Positions 38,571 to 51,763 of a stretch of DNA of 64,000 nt are shown here, piece by piece (position 1 is the first letter of the stretch; each line of letters opens with the position of its first letter). The notes beneath the pieces are model-generated. The model saw only the letters and a program-made list of their open reading frames with translations. It was not told where the DNA came from and did no database searches. The DNA is from Azolla caroliniana (lineage: Eukaryota; Plantae; Polypodiophyta): assembly GCA_043228905.1 (NCBI GenBank), contig JBHGNT010000018.1, positions 18,042,001 to 18,106,000 of the forward strand, in the 5' to 3' direction. Made by a program: the position numbers and the translations under genes.

Positions 38571-39594
38571 GAAGAATCCTCTACGGCCAACAAAGTTCTT
38601 TGACACATACAAAGCTTTCGTATTTCAGATAGAAAAAGAGAGAGGACAGGACCATGAACTGAGGTATGGGTAGTTCTCCATCGACTGAAAAGCTTGACAA
38701 GAATAACTATCCATCTTGGGAATACAAAATGCGCCAATACCTACTTGGACACGGGTATTGGAGTTACATAGACATAACAAACAATGTCCAGAGCCGACAC
38801 ACAGAGATTTCCCGGCCTGGGAGCAGGTGGCAAGTAGAGTCTTGTACTACTTGGCATCCCGTGTGCACGATGTCGTGGAGAAAACCGTCCCTAGGTGGAA
38901 ACCGGGTATAACGTGCATAGACCGGCCCTTACACGCGGGCACAAGTTTTGTTGTATAGTACGTAGGTAGGCACAAGTCGCCTGAGGCGAAATCCTAGGTA
39001 GTACGCATTCTGTAGGGAGGAAATCGAGGCATATCCCTATCCGAAAGGACAGGGAATATACATGATGTAACCGGTGGTAATGGCCTCCCTCCTTGGGCTA
39101 TAAAAGAGAGGGAGAAGTGAGGTAAAAAGGGGATCTTTTTTTTTGTGTGGAGGACGAAGTGCTGCTGGACTGGAACCGAGCGCTTCTCCTCTCCTCTGTC
39201 GTCTCCATAACTGTTTTGTGCAGGTTTCGAGAGGCTGACTCTGCTCCGCGGGACGCCCGAGTGCTTCCGGTAGAGTCTCCATCTCGCGTTGTGTGTGTGT
39301 GTGTGTGCAGGCGTTGGGGCCCATCACTCGTCGGCTTGCCGATTGTAACACCTTGATTTATATATACATAAACATTCGTTCTGTCTCCATCTCGCGTTCT
39401 GTAGTTAGTTGCAATTCTTGTGATTCAGTGGGTCAGTGTGTGTGTGAATTACATCGTTAGTTTCCTTCCCTTCCCCTCATTCGGTTATTCCTCGGTCTGA
39501 GGCCCCTGTGGTCCCGCCTCGTTCTCTACGCACGCGCGTATCAACGCGACATATTTGGTGAACCCGATGTGAAGAGGCGGCAAAGGAGTGAAGG

Positions 39595-42500
39595 ATGAGG
39601 GGATCTGAGCTTGTTGAAGGTATGGTCGTAGCCGTCGACCGGCTAGTGAGCGCTCGCGAGGGGACGGGTGCCCTCGACAGGGCCATTGAGTTGATAGTCG
39701 GCACCATAGGTCGATTTGGTGGGAAGAATGCCATGAGCTACTTGGAGGCCTACCGGGCCGAAATGATCATGAGGGATATCTCGGTGGACAGGCGGCTATC
39801 TAGATTCCCTCGGGTGGTGATGCCGAGCATCCACGCAGAGGTGCTCGAGGTGTTGGCCGGATGTCGGACTTGGGAGGAGTTCGAGTTGCGGCTCCTAGAG
39901 ATGTATGGGTTCGATGACTCGCTTCGGCTGTCCAAGCGAGACTTCATGGCGTGGGTTGAGAGCCATGGGAAGGGGAGGAACACGTCAGCGCTACTCTAGG
40001 AGTTCGAAAAACGGTTCGCACGGCTATCAACGGTGGACAGGATCGTGCTCGACACAAGCCGAGTACTACTATTCGTCAAGTCAGTGGACGCCATGGACCG
40101 GGAGAAGGTGGGTCTCCTGTTGGAAACAGATAAAGGGCTCGCGACAGACTGGGCCATGGTAAGGAGGGTTTGCGGTTGTTTCGACAAGCGGCGCGAGTGG
40201 AATGACGAGGGCTCGTTGGTGGCAAGGCCGATCCCGGCGAGGGAGCTCGAGGAGCCGGTGTCGATACTGGCTAGGATGGAAGAAACTCGGAGTTGGCTTG
40301 AGACGGGCTCAGCCCCGAGTGGAGTGGTCAAAGGTCCTCCAGAGGCATGACTCTAGAAGAGCTATCGCAGATGGTGCGAGATCTCCAAATCACACAGGCC
40401 CGGAGGGACAACGGCGAACAGTCTCGTGACCGAAGGCCGCCGGCAGGGCAATGGTGAATGTGGTGCGACGCGGTCGGCCACATCTGGAAAGAATGCATGG
40501 ATTTCGCCGAGGCACTTAGGACCAATGTGGTGTACCTTTAGAACGGGCGAGACCCGAAAAGCCCTAGAGTTGAATACAGGTTGTGGTGGAATGAAGCGGT
40601 TGATGGAAGAGGTTGTGGCACGACATGCAGAGGTCGTTTACTACTCGACATTAGTGGGAATCCGGGTCGGGGGTGATGAGGCCCGGAAAGCGAAGGACTC
40701 CGGATTCTGGCTGCTGGTGCTAGAGGGTCTCTACAGACTACGACTGAAGAAGGAAGAGGAAGACCGCGCGGAACAACGGATCCGGGAGGTTACCGAATGG
40801 GGCGACCCAGTGGAAGAAAAGATTGGCTTCGTAGCAGCCGCATGCCAGAACTACGAGGTTCTAGTAGAAGACAAGCGCGGGGGAAAGGCCGGAGGGGGCG
40901 GCCCCTCGCAGGGGTACGAGGCCCGGTTTGGACCGAAGCCGAATGAGGCTGCCAACGCCAACGCACCGAAGAAGAAGAAGTAGGTCAGTTTCCGGCTGAA
41001 CACCGAAATAGAACAAACAACGGACCTCAAAAGGTCCTGGAAGAGAGAATTCTCGACAACAAGGTCGAGTTGTCGTTACGAGAGGTATTGGGAATTTCCA
41101 AGAAGGAGTTCCACGACTCCATCGTGGACTTGGTGAAGCGGAAGAGGCTCTCGGCGGAGCCGGAACCAGAGAGGCCGGTAGAAGTGCGGACGACGCACTT
41201 AGAAGACACGGCCCTAGAGGACGAGTTGGCGGAAAGCCACTACACGAAGCCGCATTAGGCTAGGGCCACTACGGAAACCCCTGTTCGGATCGACAACATC
41301 TAGGAGCCGGTGGTGGCATTGATAGACCACGGTTCGAAGATCAACTTGATGTCCATGGACTTCTATAGAAAGGGGAAATGGCCGATCAACACCAAGCACG
41401 GGTCGAAGATACGCGCGGCGACGTGCGCTAAAGAGGAGTTGTATGGTGCGTGCCTGAACGTAAGCGTGAAGATCGACGACATCGAGATAGATCAACATTT
41501 CTTCGTGCAGGAGACTTCCTCGCACCCGGTAATTCTCGGCGAACCGTACATTACGACAGCACGCATGGAGACGAAAGTACTGGACAACGGATCGGCGTAC
41601 GCGCGTGTCAAGAGCCAAGACGGTCGACATTCCGTCCAATTCATGACAGTGCGACCCAACCACGAGCGAAACCATGAGACCCTCGGTGGCGACAGTTGGG
41701 GGGATTTTTAGAGAGGGTTATCAAGGCATGGGGACGCGATAGTCCGGACACCCCGGAAAAACCCCACAGATGTACTATAGGCAAAAACACATGTACCATA
41801 GGTAGAAAATTTTGGTTCTCCTATAACGGTGGTTGTACGATAGCCGGCGTAGTTGGCCGGGAAAAGAAGTAGGCAGAGGAGCGACTTCGGGCATGCAGAG
41901 TCCTCGGCCCTGAACAGGAAATCAACGGAGCCGTGGAGGCGGTCTCTTCCGACGACACCTTGGGGAAGTTACGGGAGGTGTTCAGAGAAGGCCTTAATGA
42001 GGACCAGACGATTCCGATATGTTTGGAAAAGATGTACGAAGTCATCGCCGACTTCGGTAGTGGACTCGAGTCTGATCGGACAGCCCGAGTGGATACGAAG
42101 TACAAGACTGTGGACCGGAAGGTGAGGCCAGTCGCGGCACCCTTGCCGGAGGGTAGCGAGTTACAGATAAAGGGGGTCGCGTCGGACCCAAGTTTACGAG
42201 ATTCGACCAACATAGGACACACGTTCACCGACATAATGCTACGGGAGCTCAAGATCGGTGGGGGTGGCTTTCTACTGTCGGCGGAAGAGGACCGGTTTCG
42301 GAGAATGCTCGGGAGGCACGGGAAGGCTTTCGCATTCTCACCGGAGGAGATCGGGTGCGTAGACCCGAAGGTTGTGGAACCAATGGTGATCTTCATGGTA
42401 CCGCATGTGCCGTGGAGTCTCAAACCGATTCGGGTACCTAGAGCTCACATCCCGAAGCTGTTGGAGTTGCTGAAACAGAAGGTGGAGATTGGCATCCTCG

Positions 42501-45145
42501 AACCGTCGAGTGCCCCATATTCGAATCGGTGGTTTACCGTGCCGAAGAAGAACGACACATTGCGCTTCATACAAGACCTGCAGCCAGTCAAAAAGGTGAC
42601 CATTCGAAACGTAGGTATCAGACCGACCATCGATGAGTTCGTGGAGGCCTTCGCAGGGAGGTCAATCTACTCTGTCAGGGACATGTACTCAGGCTACGAT
42701 CAGTTCCAGCTAGCCGTAGAGAAAAAGGATGTCACGACGATGTGGACTCCTCTCGGCCTAGTTCCGATGTGTACCTTGCCGCAAGGAGGAATGAACTCGG
42801 TGGCGCACATGGTGAATGCGATGAACAAGGTGTTGAGGGATTGCATCCCGGACATCACCATGCCGTTTCTAGATGACATCCCGATCAAAGGCTGTCTAGT
42901 GGAGGACAAGGATGAGTTGGTCGGGCCCGACGGTTGCTGGAGGTTCGTGACGGATCACATCCGCGACTGCGAGAAGGTGCTACAAAGACTCGAGAGCGTG
43001 CGACTCACCTTCTCCGGAGAAAAATCTACCTTCGGACAGCCGGAGATCCTGGTAGTCGGAGACCTATGCGGGCCTTACGGCCGGAAGCTGTCCCCGCCGA
43101 AGGTAGAAGCCATCTCCGCGATGAAGGATGATTGTGGGTCGGTCACGGAGGTCCGAAGGATCCTTGCGGCGTGTGCGTTCTATCACATCTGGATTCCACA
43201 CTACGTGTATGTTGCGGAGCCGCTTTACGTGTTATTAAAGAAAGGGCGCCGGTTCGAATGGAGGATGGAGCACGCGGGGTCGGTCCGGAGACTGAAGGAG
43301 GCGCTCGCCGCGACACCGGCTCTCCGAAAAGCGGTTTACGTCAAGGAAGTCCCCATTTACATGACGGTGGACATGAGCTCCACCGGGATCAGGTGGGTGA
43401 TCAAACAGGAAGATGAAGACGACGTACAGTTCTCGATCTGGTTCGGGGCAAAGGTATTGAGCGAGCGACAGCGAGGATATGCCCAAATCAAGCACGAGCT
43501 ATGGGGTATCGTTTCGGCCGTCAAGACCGACAAGGACTATCTGATCGGGATGGAAGTGATCATCGAGGACTGCCTACCGATTCTGGGTATGGTCTCCGGA
43601 TGCATGACTTTAGACCTGGCGATGCTCAGGTTGATCGTGTACATCAAGTCCCTGAACCTGGAGATATGACACATCTTCGGAAAAGATAATGCCATTGTCG
43701 ATATGCTTTCAAGGGTGTAGTTCAACGACGAGGACAACATGGTTTTGGATAACGAAGAAGTCGGTGAGGACTTCTTCGGGTCAGCTAACGTGACAACAAG
43801 AAAGGGGAGCACTCCGGCACTTAACGAATTCGACGAGAGCAAGTACGACGGGGAGTGGCTCCAGATCGACGGGTTCCTGAGGACATTGACAACGGACGCG
43901 GCATGGACGAAGGAAGAGACCAACCGGATTCGGAAGAAAGCGTATTGATTCTTCCTACGGGACGGGAGCATATGGAAGCACCCGAAGAAGAGAAACGGCA
44001 CCCCGCTCCGAGTGGTGGCGAAGAAAGAGGAACAGAAAGAATTGCTGACGGCGTACCATGGGAGTCCTTGGGCTGGGCACCGCGGGATGTGGGCCACATT
44101 CGAGAAGCTAAATGAGAAGTACAGGTGGCCAGGGCTATACCGAGACAGGCATTGGTTTGTGACGACTTGCGAAAGCTATCAGGTGCACTCCATAGTCCGA
44201 CATTGGGACGACCTCCACTCGACCTACCCTCCAACCGTCCACTTCAAGTGGATGGTGGATATGGTGACGATGCCGATGGGGGTAGGGCAGATGCGGTATC
44301 TGGTGCTGGCTCAGGAAGACCTGACAAACTAGGTGGAAGGCCGAGCGTTGCAGAACAAAACGGCTCCAGCCGTGTGCCGATTTCTGATTTAAGAAGTGGT
44401 ATGTCGGTACAGGTTTGTAGGTAAGATCGTGGCCGACCGCAGAGAATTGGATGCGCAAGAGGCGGAAGAGTTGTTTGACAGGCTAGGGATTAAACTCTCG
44501 CTCACCACCGCCTACAATTCAAACGCTAACGGGAAGGTGGAGCGCGGGCACGGGCCGATCGTCAAAGCGTTGGTACGGGCGTGTGGAGGCCATGTTGGGA
44601 ACTGGCCGTGACTCTTACCCTATGCGTTGTGGGCGGACTGAACCACGCACAGTTTGGTAACCGGGTTCATGCCGGCAGAGCTAATGTATAGACAGAAGCC
44701 GATCATGCCAACGAAGCAGACAATCTCCTCGTGGGCCACGGTGGACTAGAAAGACGAGATGAGCCGGGAGGAGCTGTTAGCGGCACAGATTCGGCAGCTG
44801 GAGCGAAGACCGGAAAACGTGGACCGAACCGTGGAGAAGCTACGAGCGACGAGGGTAAAGAACAAAGGACGGTTTGACCGGACTCACCGACTGAGACCAA
44901 AGAAGATCGAGGAAGGTGACTGGGTTCTAGTATATGACAGCAGCCTCGACAACCAGCACAAGGCAACGCGGAAGTTGGCAAGAAGGTGGTTCGGGCCGTA
45001 TGTGGTGACAAGCGCCAACGACAATGGGACCTACGATCTCGCGGAGCTCGACGGGACAAGGATGGCGGTACCGGTGGCGAGGAAAAGGATCAAAGCATTC
45101 AAAAAGCGACACGAGGCTGAACCGGAACCCGGACGACCTGGATAG
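39595..45145 (+). pseudogene. Gypsy gag-pro / pol coding region with many premature stops
   Basis: Gag Zn-knuckle remnant near 40460-40500, protease ALIDHGSKINLMS, RT YSGYDQF...LPQGGMNS...PFLDD, RNase H, integrase HHCC (H..PWAGHRG...CESYQ), catalytic core and WFGPY module. No chromodomain was seen. Confidence 0.9.
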
Positions 45146-45312
45146 CGACAACGACCGGCTCGGAATGGATGCCGATCCGGAAGACGAAGGATAAGCGTGG
45201 GCTCGTCTTCTCCGGCAAGAGTCTAATTTTGGCGCATATCGGTGGATGCGCGGTTAGGTGGGGGTGGATGTCATGGAGAAAACCGTCCCTAGGCGGAAAC
45301 CGGGTATAACGT

Positions 45313-45735
45313 TGTCGTGAAGAAAACCGGCCATAGGCGGAATCGAAGTAAAAGGCGCATGAACCGGCTCTTACACGGGTGGACGCGAGGATTGATATAT
45401 TGTACATAATTCGTAATTAAGGCAACTGGTGTAAATACTAGGTATTGCACATTTATTAGGGGATTTTGTGCATATCTCTGTCGACAGGAACAGGGAATAA
45501 AGCAGTTTGGCTAAGGAAAAGGGGGCACCCCCTTTTGGGGAACTATTTAAGGAGGGAGAGGAAAAAGGAAGAGGTATCGCGCGCTAGGGAGGACGAAGTG
45601 CCGCTGCAAATCTGAGTGCCAAGCTCTCTCTTCTCCTCCGGTCGTCGGTCTCTGTGGGTCGGGAGTTCGCTGCCTTTGCTTCGTGGACAGCCCGTGCACT
45701 TCCAGTAGAGGCTCTCCCTTCTCGCTCCGCGTATC

Positions 45736-45766
<31 letters not shown>

Positions 45767-45831
45767 TGCTCCTCGGTTCAAGACCCCCGTGGTCCCGCCC
45801 CTTCTACACGCAAGTGCGTAACAACGCGACA
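45313..45831 (+). mobile_element. Solo LTR C (related Gypsy family, 519 bp) nested in the 3' LTR, TSD ACGT/ACAT
   Basis: Starts TGTCGTGAAGAAAACC and ends cccccgtggtcccgcc...caacgcgaCA. The 5' LTR shows the empty site gtataACGTgcat. Confidence 0.9.
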
Positions 45832-46477
45832 ACATGCGTAAACCGGCCCTTACACGTGGGCACAAGTTTTGTTGTATAGTACGTAGGTAGGTACAAGTCG
45901 CTTGAGGCGAAATCCTAGGTAGTACGCATTCGGTAGGGAGGAAATCGAGGCATATCCCTGTCCGAAAGGACAGGGAATAAACATGATGTAAAGGGTGGTA
46001 ACGGCCTCCCTCCTTGGGCTATAAAAGAGAGGGAGAAGTGAAGTAAAAAGGGGATTGTTTTTTTTTGGGTGGAGGACGAAGTGCTGCCGAACTGGAACCG
46101 AGCGCTTCTCCTCTCCTTTGTCGTCTCCATAATTGTTTTGTGCAAGTTTCGGGAGGTTGACTCTGCTCCGCGGGACGCCCGAGTGCTTCCGGCAGAGTCT
46201 CCATCTCGCGTTGTGTGTGTGTGTGTGCAGGCGTTGGGGCCCATCACTCGCCGACTTGCCGATTGTAACACCTTGATTTATATATACATAAACATTCGTT
46301 CTGTCTCCATCTCACGTTCTGTAGTTAGTTGCAATTCTTGTGATTCTGTGGGTCTGTGAACGTGTGAATTACATCGTTAGTTTCCTTCCCTTCCCCTCAT
46401 TCGGTTATTCCTCGGTCTGAGGCCCCCGTGGTCCCGCCTCATTCTCTACGCACGCGCGTATCAACCCGACAACGATC

Positions 46478-49400
46478 TTTTTTATTTTATTTTTATTAGT
46501 AACACTTTTATTTCTAGTGGGAAACCGCAAAGTGAGGTGAAAACCCACAAAGAATAAAGAAAAATATACAAGTGTCAAGTAGACACTAAAGAGCTTAGAA
46601 GTAATCCTCCCCTTCTCTACACTCTTGTTTAACCCTCACACTTATCCACGTGTATAGAATACTACGGTAAATTCTCACCACGGGATATTATATGGTCATG
46701 CACGTAACATTAGAAGCACTCAAAGTAAAGATTGTAAATTTGTTGTGTGATGTCTCTAAGTTGTAGAAAATCAAATAGAGATTGGCCGAGGGATTGCTTA
46801 AACAAGCTAACTTCATGCAGTTGGTTTCGATCAAAGACCTTATTATTGCGGACTGTCCAAATGGTCCATAGTGCTCAAATTTGTGTCTATTGGAGAAAAT
46901 ATGCATGGTTGGATAGGGCACATGAAATTTGTCGAAATAACGAAAAGTGTTTACCAAACCTTCAGCCAGGAAATATGTGATAAAGAGATTCACTTAGTCT
47001 TTGTACAAATGTTGTAGTGAATGAGCAATTCCATAATAAGTGTGGGACCGTTTCCAATCGTCCACCAAATCTTGCACAATGTGGTGAGGCTATCGATCCC
47101 TTTTGAAGATTCGAACCAATTGGGAGCACACCCAATAGGAATCTCCATAGGAATACCCATTGCTTAAGTGGAAGACCATAGCTCCATAAGCTTGTAAGCC
47201 TGTTTTTCCACCAGGACTGCGTTTTGTGTAGGTTCCATAATGCATTTGCATGTTCGTGAAACCATGGGACAGGTTGCAACAACATATACATTGAATGTGT
47301 TGTAATGTTATGCATTGGAATAACAATGTTCCCTTTTTGTAACATCCAATCCAGAATCCTGTGATCTCCATGTAGAGGTGGCACAGGTACCAAGGAAAGT
47401 ACCAACTCTATGACTTGATTCCAGATAACACAATGATGTGGGCCAAGACTATAACGACATGTCATGTCATTGAAGTGCAATAAGTGACCTTGGTCATTTA
47501 CCATGTCTCCAATTGATTTCAGCCCCTTCTTTGCTAAAAAATAAGCTTTCATAGGCTCTTGTTCAGGTAGTGATTGTGGGAATATAGCACTCTAGTGTAA
47601 GCTTTTGAGGTGTAAAGAGTTCCCTGATTCTGAATTCCTACCTCTCCATTTTATGTGATGCAATACTTCTTTCCAATGCTCTAGAATCTTTGAGCTAAAC
47701 GAACAACCTTTAATATGCCCGTCAAGAGATCCAAACACTACATCCCAATGGTTAGTATCCCATGAGACAAATGACGTGGTTTTCAAATGGTCAAACATAT
47801 CAAATAGCATTATTGCCCAAGGCAATGTTTTTCAGCCAATTTTGGCAACAAAGTAGCTTTTCTAGCCAACATGCAAATGCAAATTAAGAATATTTACCCC
47901 TCCACTCAATCGTGGAGTGCATATCTTCTCTAGTGATAGGAGTCGTATACCTCTATGCGACTGCTTAAAGCACCAAAAGCTACGTATGATTTATGAGTTA
48001 ATCTTTTGTATCATGTGTTTCGGCCAATCAATCATAATTAAGTAATACTGCATGTAAGCCATGAATATAGATTGCACTATCCGCAATCTGACATGGAGTG
48101 GTCATGTTGCAATCTTCCAATAACTTAGCTTTTTTCTCACTTTTTGCATAACCCATTCAGCTTTTCTTTTCCCTGTTGCATTCCATCCCAATGGATAGCC
48201 AAAGATGTCTAACCATTTCATTTGGGCTAACAACTTGACCTGGCCACAAAAGTTTATGCCAACTATATGGTGTCAAGGGTAGAAGTTTGGACTTTTTGAA
48301 GTTAACATGCAATCCAACAACTAATCCATACAAATTGAGGAATACGATTAGCAATTATCTTTGCAATAAGTTTATAGATCACATGCATGAGTGTGATTGG
48401 TCGCCAATCCAAGAAAGATTCACACAATTTCTTTTTGGTTATTAATTTGACCAAACCTTCTCTTCCATGAGATTGGCATATCCCATTGTCGCCAAACATT
48501 ATTTGCCATAGATAGGATTAAATCCTTAAGGACATCCCAAAATTCTGCAATGAAGTCTAACATAATACCATCCCAACCAGGCGCTTTGCCTTTCCCGAGG
48601 CCCTTCTAAGCCTCCAAAAGTTCCTCCACTATGAATGTTGCATCCAAAGCAATAGCTTTATCAACACAAATAGTGGGTAGAACTAGTGACAATAATGTAT
48701 CTCTGGCCTGTTTAACTGCATTTGTAACAACTACATTGTTCATAAAGATGTGAGAGAAGTGAGTTACACATTCCTTGGCTAGTTCAAGTCTGTTTGTAGT
48801 CCACAAACCATCACCAGTTTTGATGAATTTAATGAATTCTTTTTGGTGTATTAGATGCAACCTTTTGAAGAAGGATTTAGAAGAGCATCCTTTGTCTTTC
48901 AATGGAAATTGTATTGACCTAACTTGCCATTTTTCCAATTTATTATTGTCATGTAGCATCAATGTGTGTTTGGCCATACACAATGCATCCTCTTCATGTA
49001 AAGTCAAAGATCTTCCATGTGCTAACTCTGTTACGACTTGACAAGTAAATTTGGCTTGTTGATTGTAATCTCTCTGTCGTGAGACATGCCATTTCCCATA
49101 CTCTTTGTATTATTGTTTGTAGTATATGTACAAAATGTACACATGCTATATCAACATCTATGTTGACTTCTACATAAAGAGGAGGTATTATGTCATAGAC
49201 CATCCTCTCGAAGAGTTCATGCTTGAGTTAATTGTTGTTAATGAGCATAAGTCTCTTCCTTTGGAGATGCACTTCATAGGAATGATTCCCGAAATGACGG
49301 TCTGGCCAAATAGGAGCATGATCTGACAACTGCAAAGCATGATCTATATGCATTGTACATGTGAAATTTTCATACTGACTAGCATGCAAAAAATACCATC

Positions 49401-51163
49401 TATCAAGCCTTGCATGGTATGCATAGTGGGCATGTGGTGAAAGGTAAAACCATGAACATGTGGGTGTGTCATTTGTCATAAATCAACCCAATCCAATGAG
49501 CTTTGCATATTGTATCACTGACCTTGTTCCTCTCTCAACATATGTGAGTGCCCACTAGTGTTATCACCTACATTTGGAGAGTTGTTGAAATCTCCACATA
49601 TAAATGCATTTTGTGGCCATGGATAAGCACAAATGTCTTGCCAAAGTAAAGTTATGTCCCTTGAGGCATTCGGGGCATATATTCCAACAAAATCATATGT
49701 CTCGCCATTTATCATGCATTGCACAACCATCCACCTCCCACATTGATCATTATAGGCAACTGTAGGATTTAGCTCATGTTTTATGATATAAGTACTCCAA
49801 ATGTTGTACCTTGACCTGCGTAGAAGATGTCAAAACCTCCAAATGAACCAACTTGACCACTGAATTCAACTTGTTTATGTTATTGAACACAAATTACATC
49901 CGCTTGAGAAGAGGTAATATAGTTCCAAAATATTTTCCATTTACTAGGGTTACAAATACCCCGTATATTGAAGGAGACACATTTGACTTGTTTATGCATG
50001 ATTAATATGGTTGAAGATATAAAACAAAGAAAAATACTAATCTGATTGCATATTAGTAACACTGCCATGCTTATTTGCATGAAGACTAATATCTGCATTT
50101 GATCCATGTTTGTAAATGTCCACATATGAGCCTCTACTCACTCTTTTCCAGGCTTTTGAGAATGAAGAGAGCATTGAAGCATTAACCTGTAAAGATGAAT
50201 CATGATTCTCAAGTGCATGAGTGTAGTTCCTCACCACCACAGGTGTCTTGCGTCTGAAGGATTTCTTAGATATTTGCCATCCTTCAGTGTTCTCTTTGTC
50301 CACATCAAAGGCTTGTCTCAAATCATGCATGTTTGATTGCACATTACCGATTGTCTGCGGGACTTTACTTTTCCCTTTGTCTTGTACTCTTGGTTTCTGG
50401 ATGGGTTGCATCACAGAGTTTGTTGACTTTGAAGAAGAAACCTTACTATTTTCTTTGAGTTATGCAGGTTTCAACATTGCGGTTTCAGGTGGCTGAATAG
50501 TTTGTGTTGGGCATTCTGATTGCATATGACCAAACTTGTTACATGTGTAACATGCACCTACAAATTCGCCCCATTTCAACTTAAAAGGTATTGCACCAAT
50601 GGTTGGATCATCCGAGTTGAGGGTGATACCTTCCAAGATCGGAACATCTATGTCCCAAAGAATGCAAAATCTAATAGAAGTACTTGTAGTTGCTGGGGGC
50701 AAACTACTCTCCCCATTACCACTGCAATTTTCGGTAACAAGTGATTCCAATTTCGTGGTCCATCCCATGTCTTTCTAGCCTTTACAAAGTCCTCTACTAG
50801 ACTATCCTGAAGCCATTTTCTATCTACGGGATCTTCTATAATTTCTTTCATCTTATTATTCCATACAAAAGATGATCGAGCCATCCTTGACAAAAATAAT
50901 GTGGTAGACCTGCTACTTTGTATGTTGAAATGTAGAGAGGTATAACAAAGGTAATGAGATGAGCAAACTTGACGTCTCACAACTTAGGTCGAAATAGGTA
51001 GGTACTGAAGTCTGTACTCCATTAAGATTTGAGTAATATATGACATGCTCAATCCATCCAGAAGGTGCCAAAACTCCCAAATCGACTCAGACCTCGTCCG
51101 ATTCTGACTCCGAATGAGGGAGATATGAGAGTGGAAAGGTAAACTCTTTCAATTTGTGATTCT
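46478..51163 (-). mobile_element. Near full-length decayed L1/Tx1-type LINE, TSD CACGATC
   Basis: Poly-T (tail on the minus strand) from 46478. ORF1 Zn-knuckle CYTCNKFGHMQSEC; APE endonuclease SFNIRG..CVQ, GIYAPN, CGDFN, RLDR, SDH; RT WRPITLMHVIYKLIAKIIANRI; zf-RVT ETVPHLLWNC. TSD at 51164-51170; the left copy is interrupted by the Gypsy. Confidence 0.9.
46599..46709 (-). mobile_element. 111-bp 5' fragment of the LTR family seen at 51329-51763
   Basis: Reverse complement of 51329-51439 with few mismatches, flanked by ttagaag on both sides. Confidence 0.85.
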
Positions 51164-51328
51164 CACGATCAAATGCTCGACTACATACGAGATGCAAAGA
51201 CACCTGGCAAGATCTGAAGAGGATTTTTGCCATTAGCAGTTGCAGCTCTCAGACAAGAGCTCAATGACATCCGATAGAGAGATATGTTAGTGGCCGATTA
51301 CACCTCAAAAATCAAGGAGATTTGCGAT

Positions 51329-51763
51329 TGTTACGGGCATGACCATGTAATATCTTGTGGTGAGAATTTACCGTAGTATTCTATACACGTGGATAAGTGT
51401 GAGGGTTAAACGAGAGTGTAAAGAAGGGGAGGATTACTTTTAATCCTCGGGATTGAACAACCCATTAGGCCAAGTGTGAACTTGCTTGGGGGCCTTGGGA
51501 ATCGCTATAAATATGAGGCCTAGCTACCCACATTTCATCATCTTTTGACTATGTCGAGACTTTGTCCTTGTGGTGAGCGCGCCAACACCAGGTACGGCTC
51601 GATGCCACAACGGTGGTATGGGACGTCGATCGAGGCTCGAGTCAGTCTCGATCCCTTTGCTCAGGGGTGGTCAGGTGGATCGACACCCTTCTTTCTCTCT
51701 CTCCTTTCTTATTTTCTATCTTTTATCCTTATCATATACTTACATTAGATCATAACTGTAACA
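51329..51763 (+). mobile_element. Solo LTR D (435 bp) inserted in the Copia gag, degenerate 5-bp TSD GCGAT/ACGAC
   Basis: TGTTAC...GTAACA termini and TATAAAT at ~51506. Its removal restores gag KIKEICD-ALGSINV. Confidence 0.85.

Larger units (their letters stand above)
38871..46471 (+). mobile_element. Full-length decayed Ty3/Gypsy LTR retrotransposon; 5' LTR 38871-39551, 3' LTR 45269-46471 (interrupted), TSD ACGA
   Basis: TG...CA LTRs of ~680 bp, ~95% identical by manual count. PBS TGGTGAACCCGATGTGAA at 39556-39573, PPT aggtgggggtgga at 45256-45268, ACGA at 38867-38870 and 46472-46475. Domain order is gag, PR, RT, RH, INT. Confidence 0.95.

Noticed and set aside
46599-51439. Inverted 111-bp pair as TIRs of a DNA transposon carrying the LINE
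   Set aside because: One arm is the start of a complete TG...CA solo LTR, each arm has its own flanking duplication, and there is no shared outer TSD.
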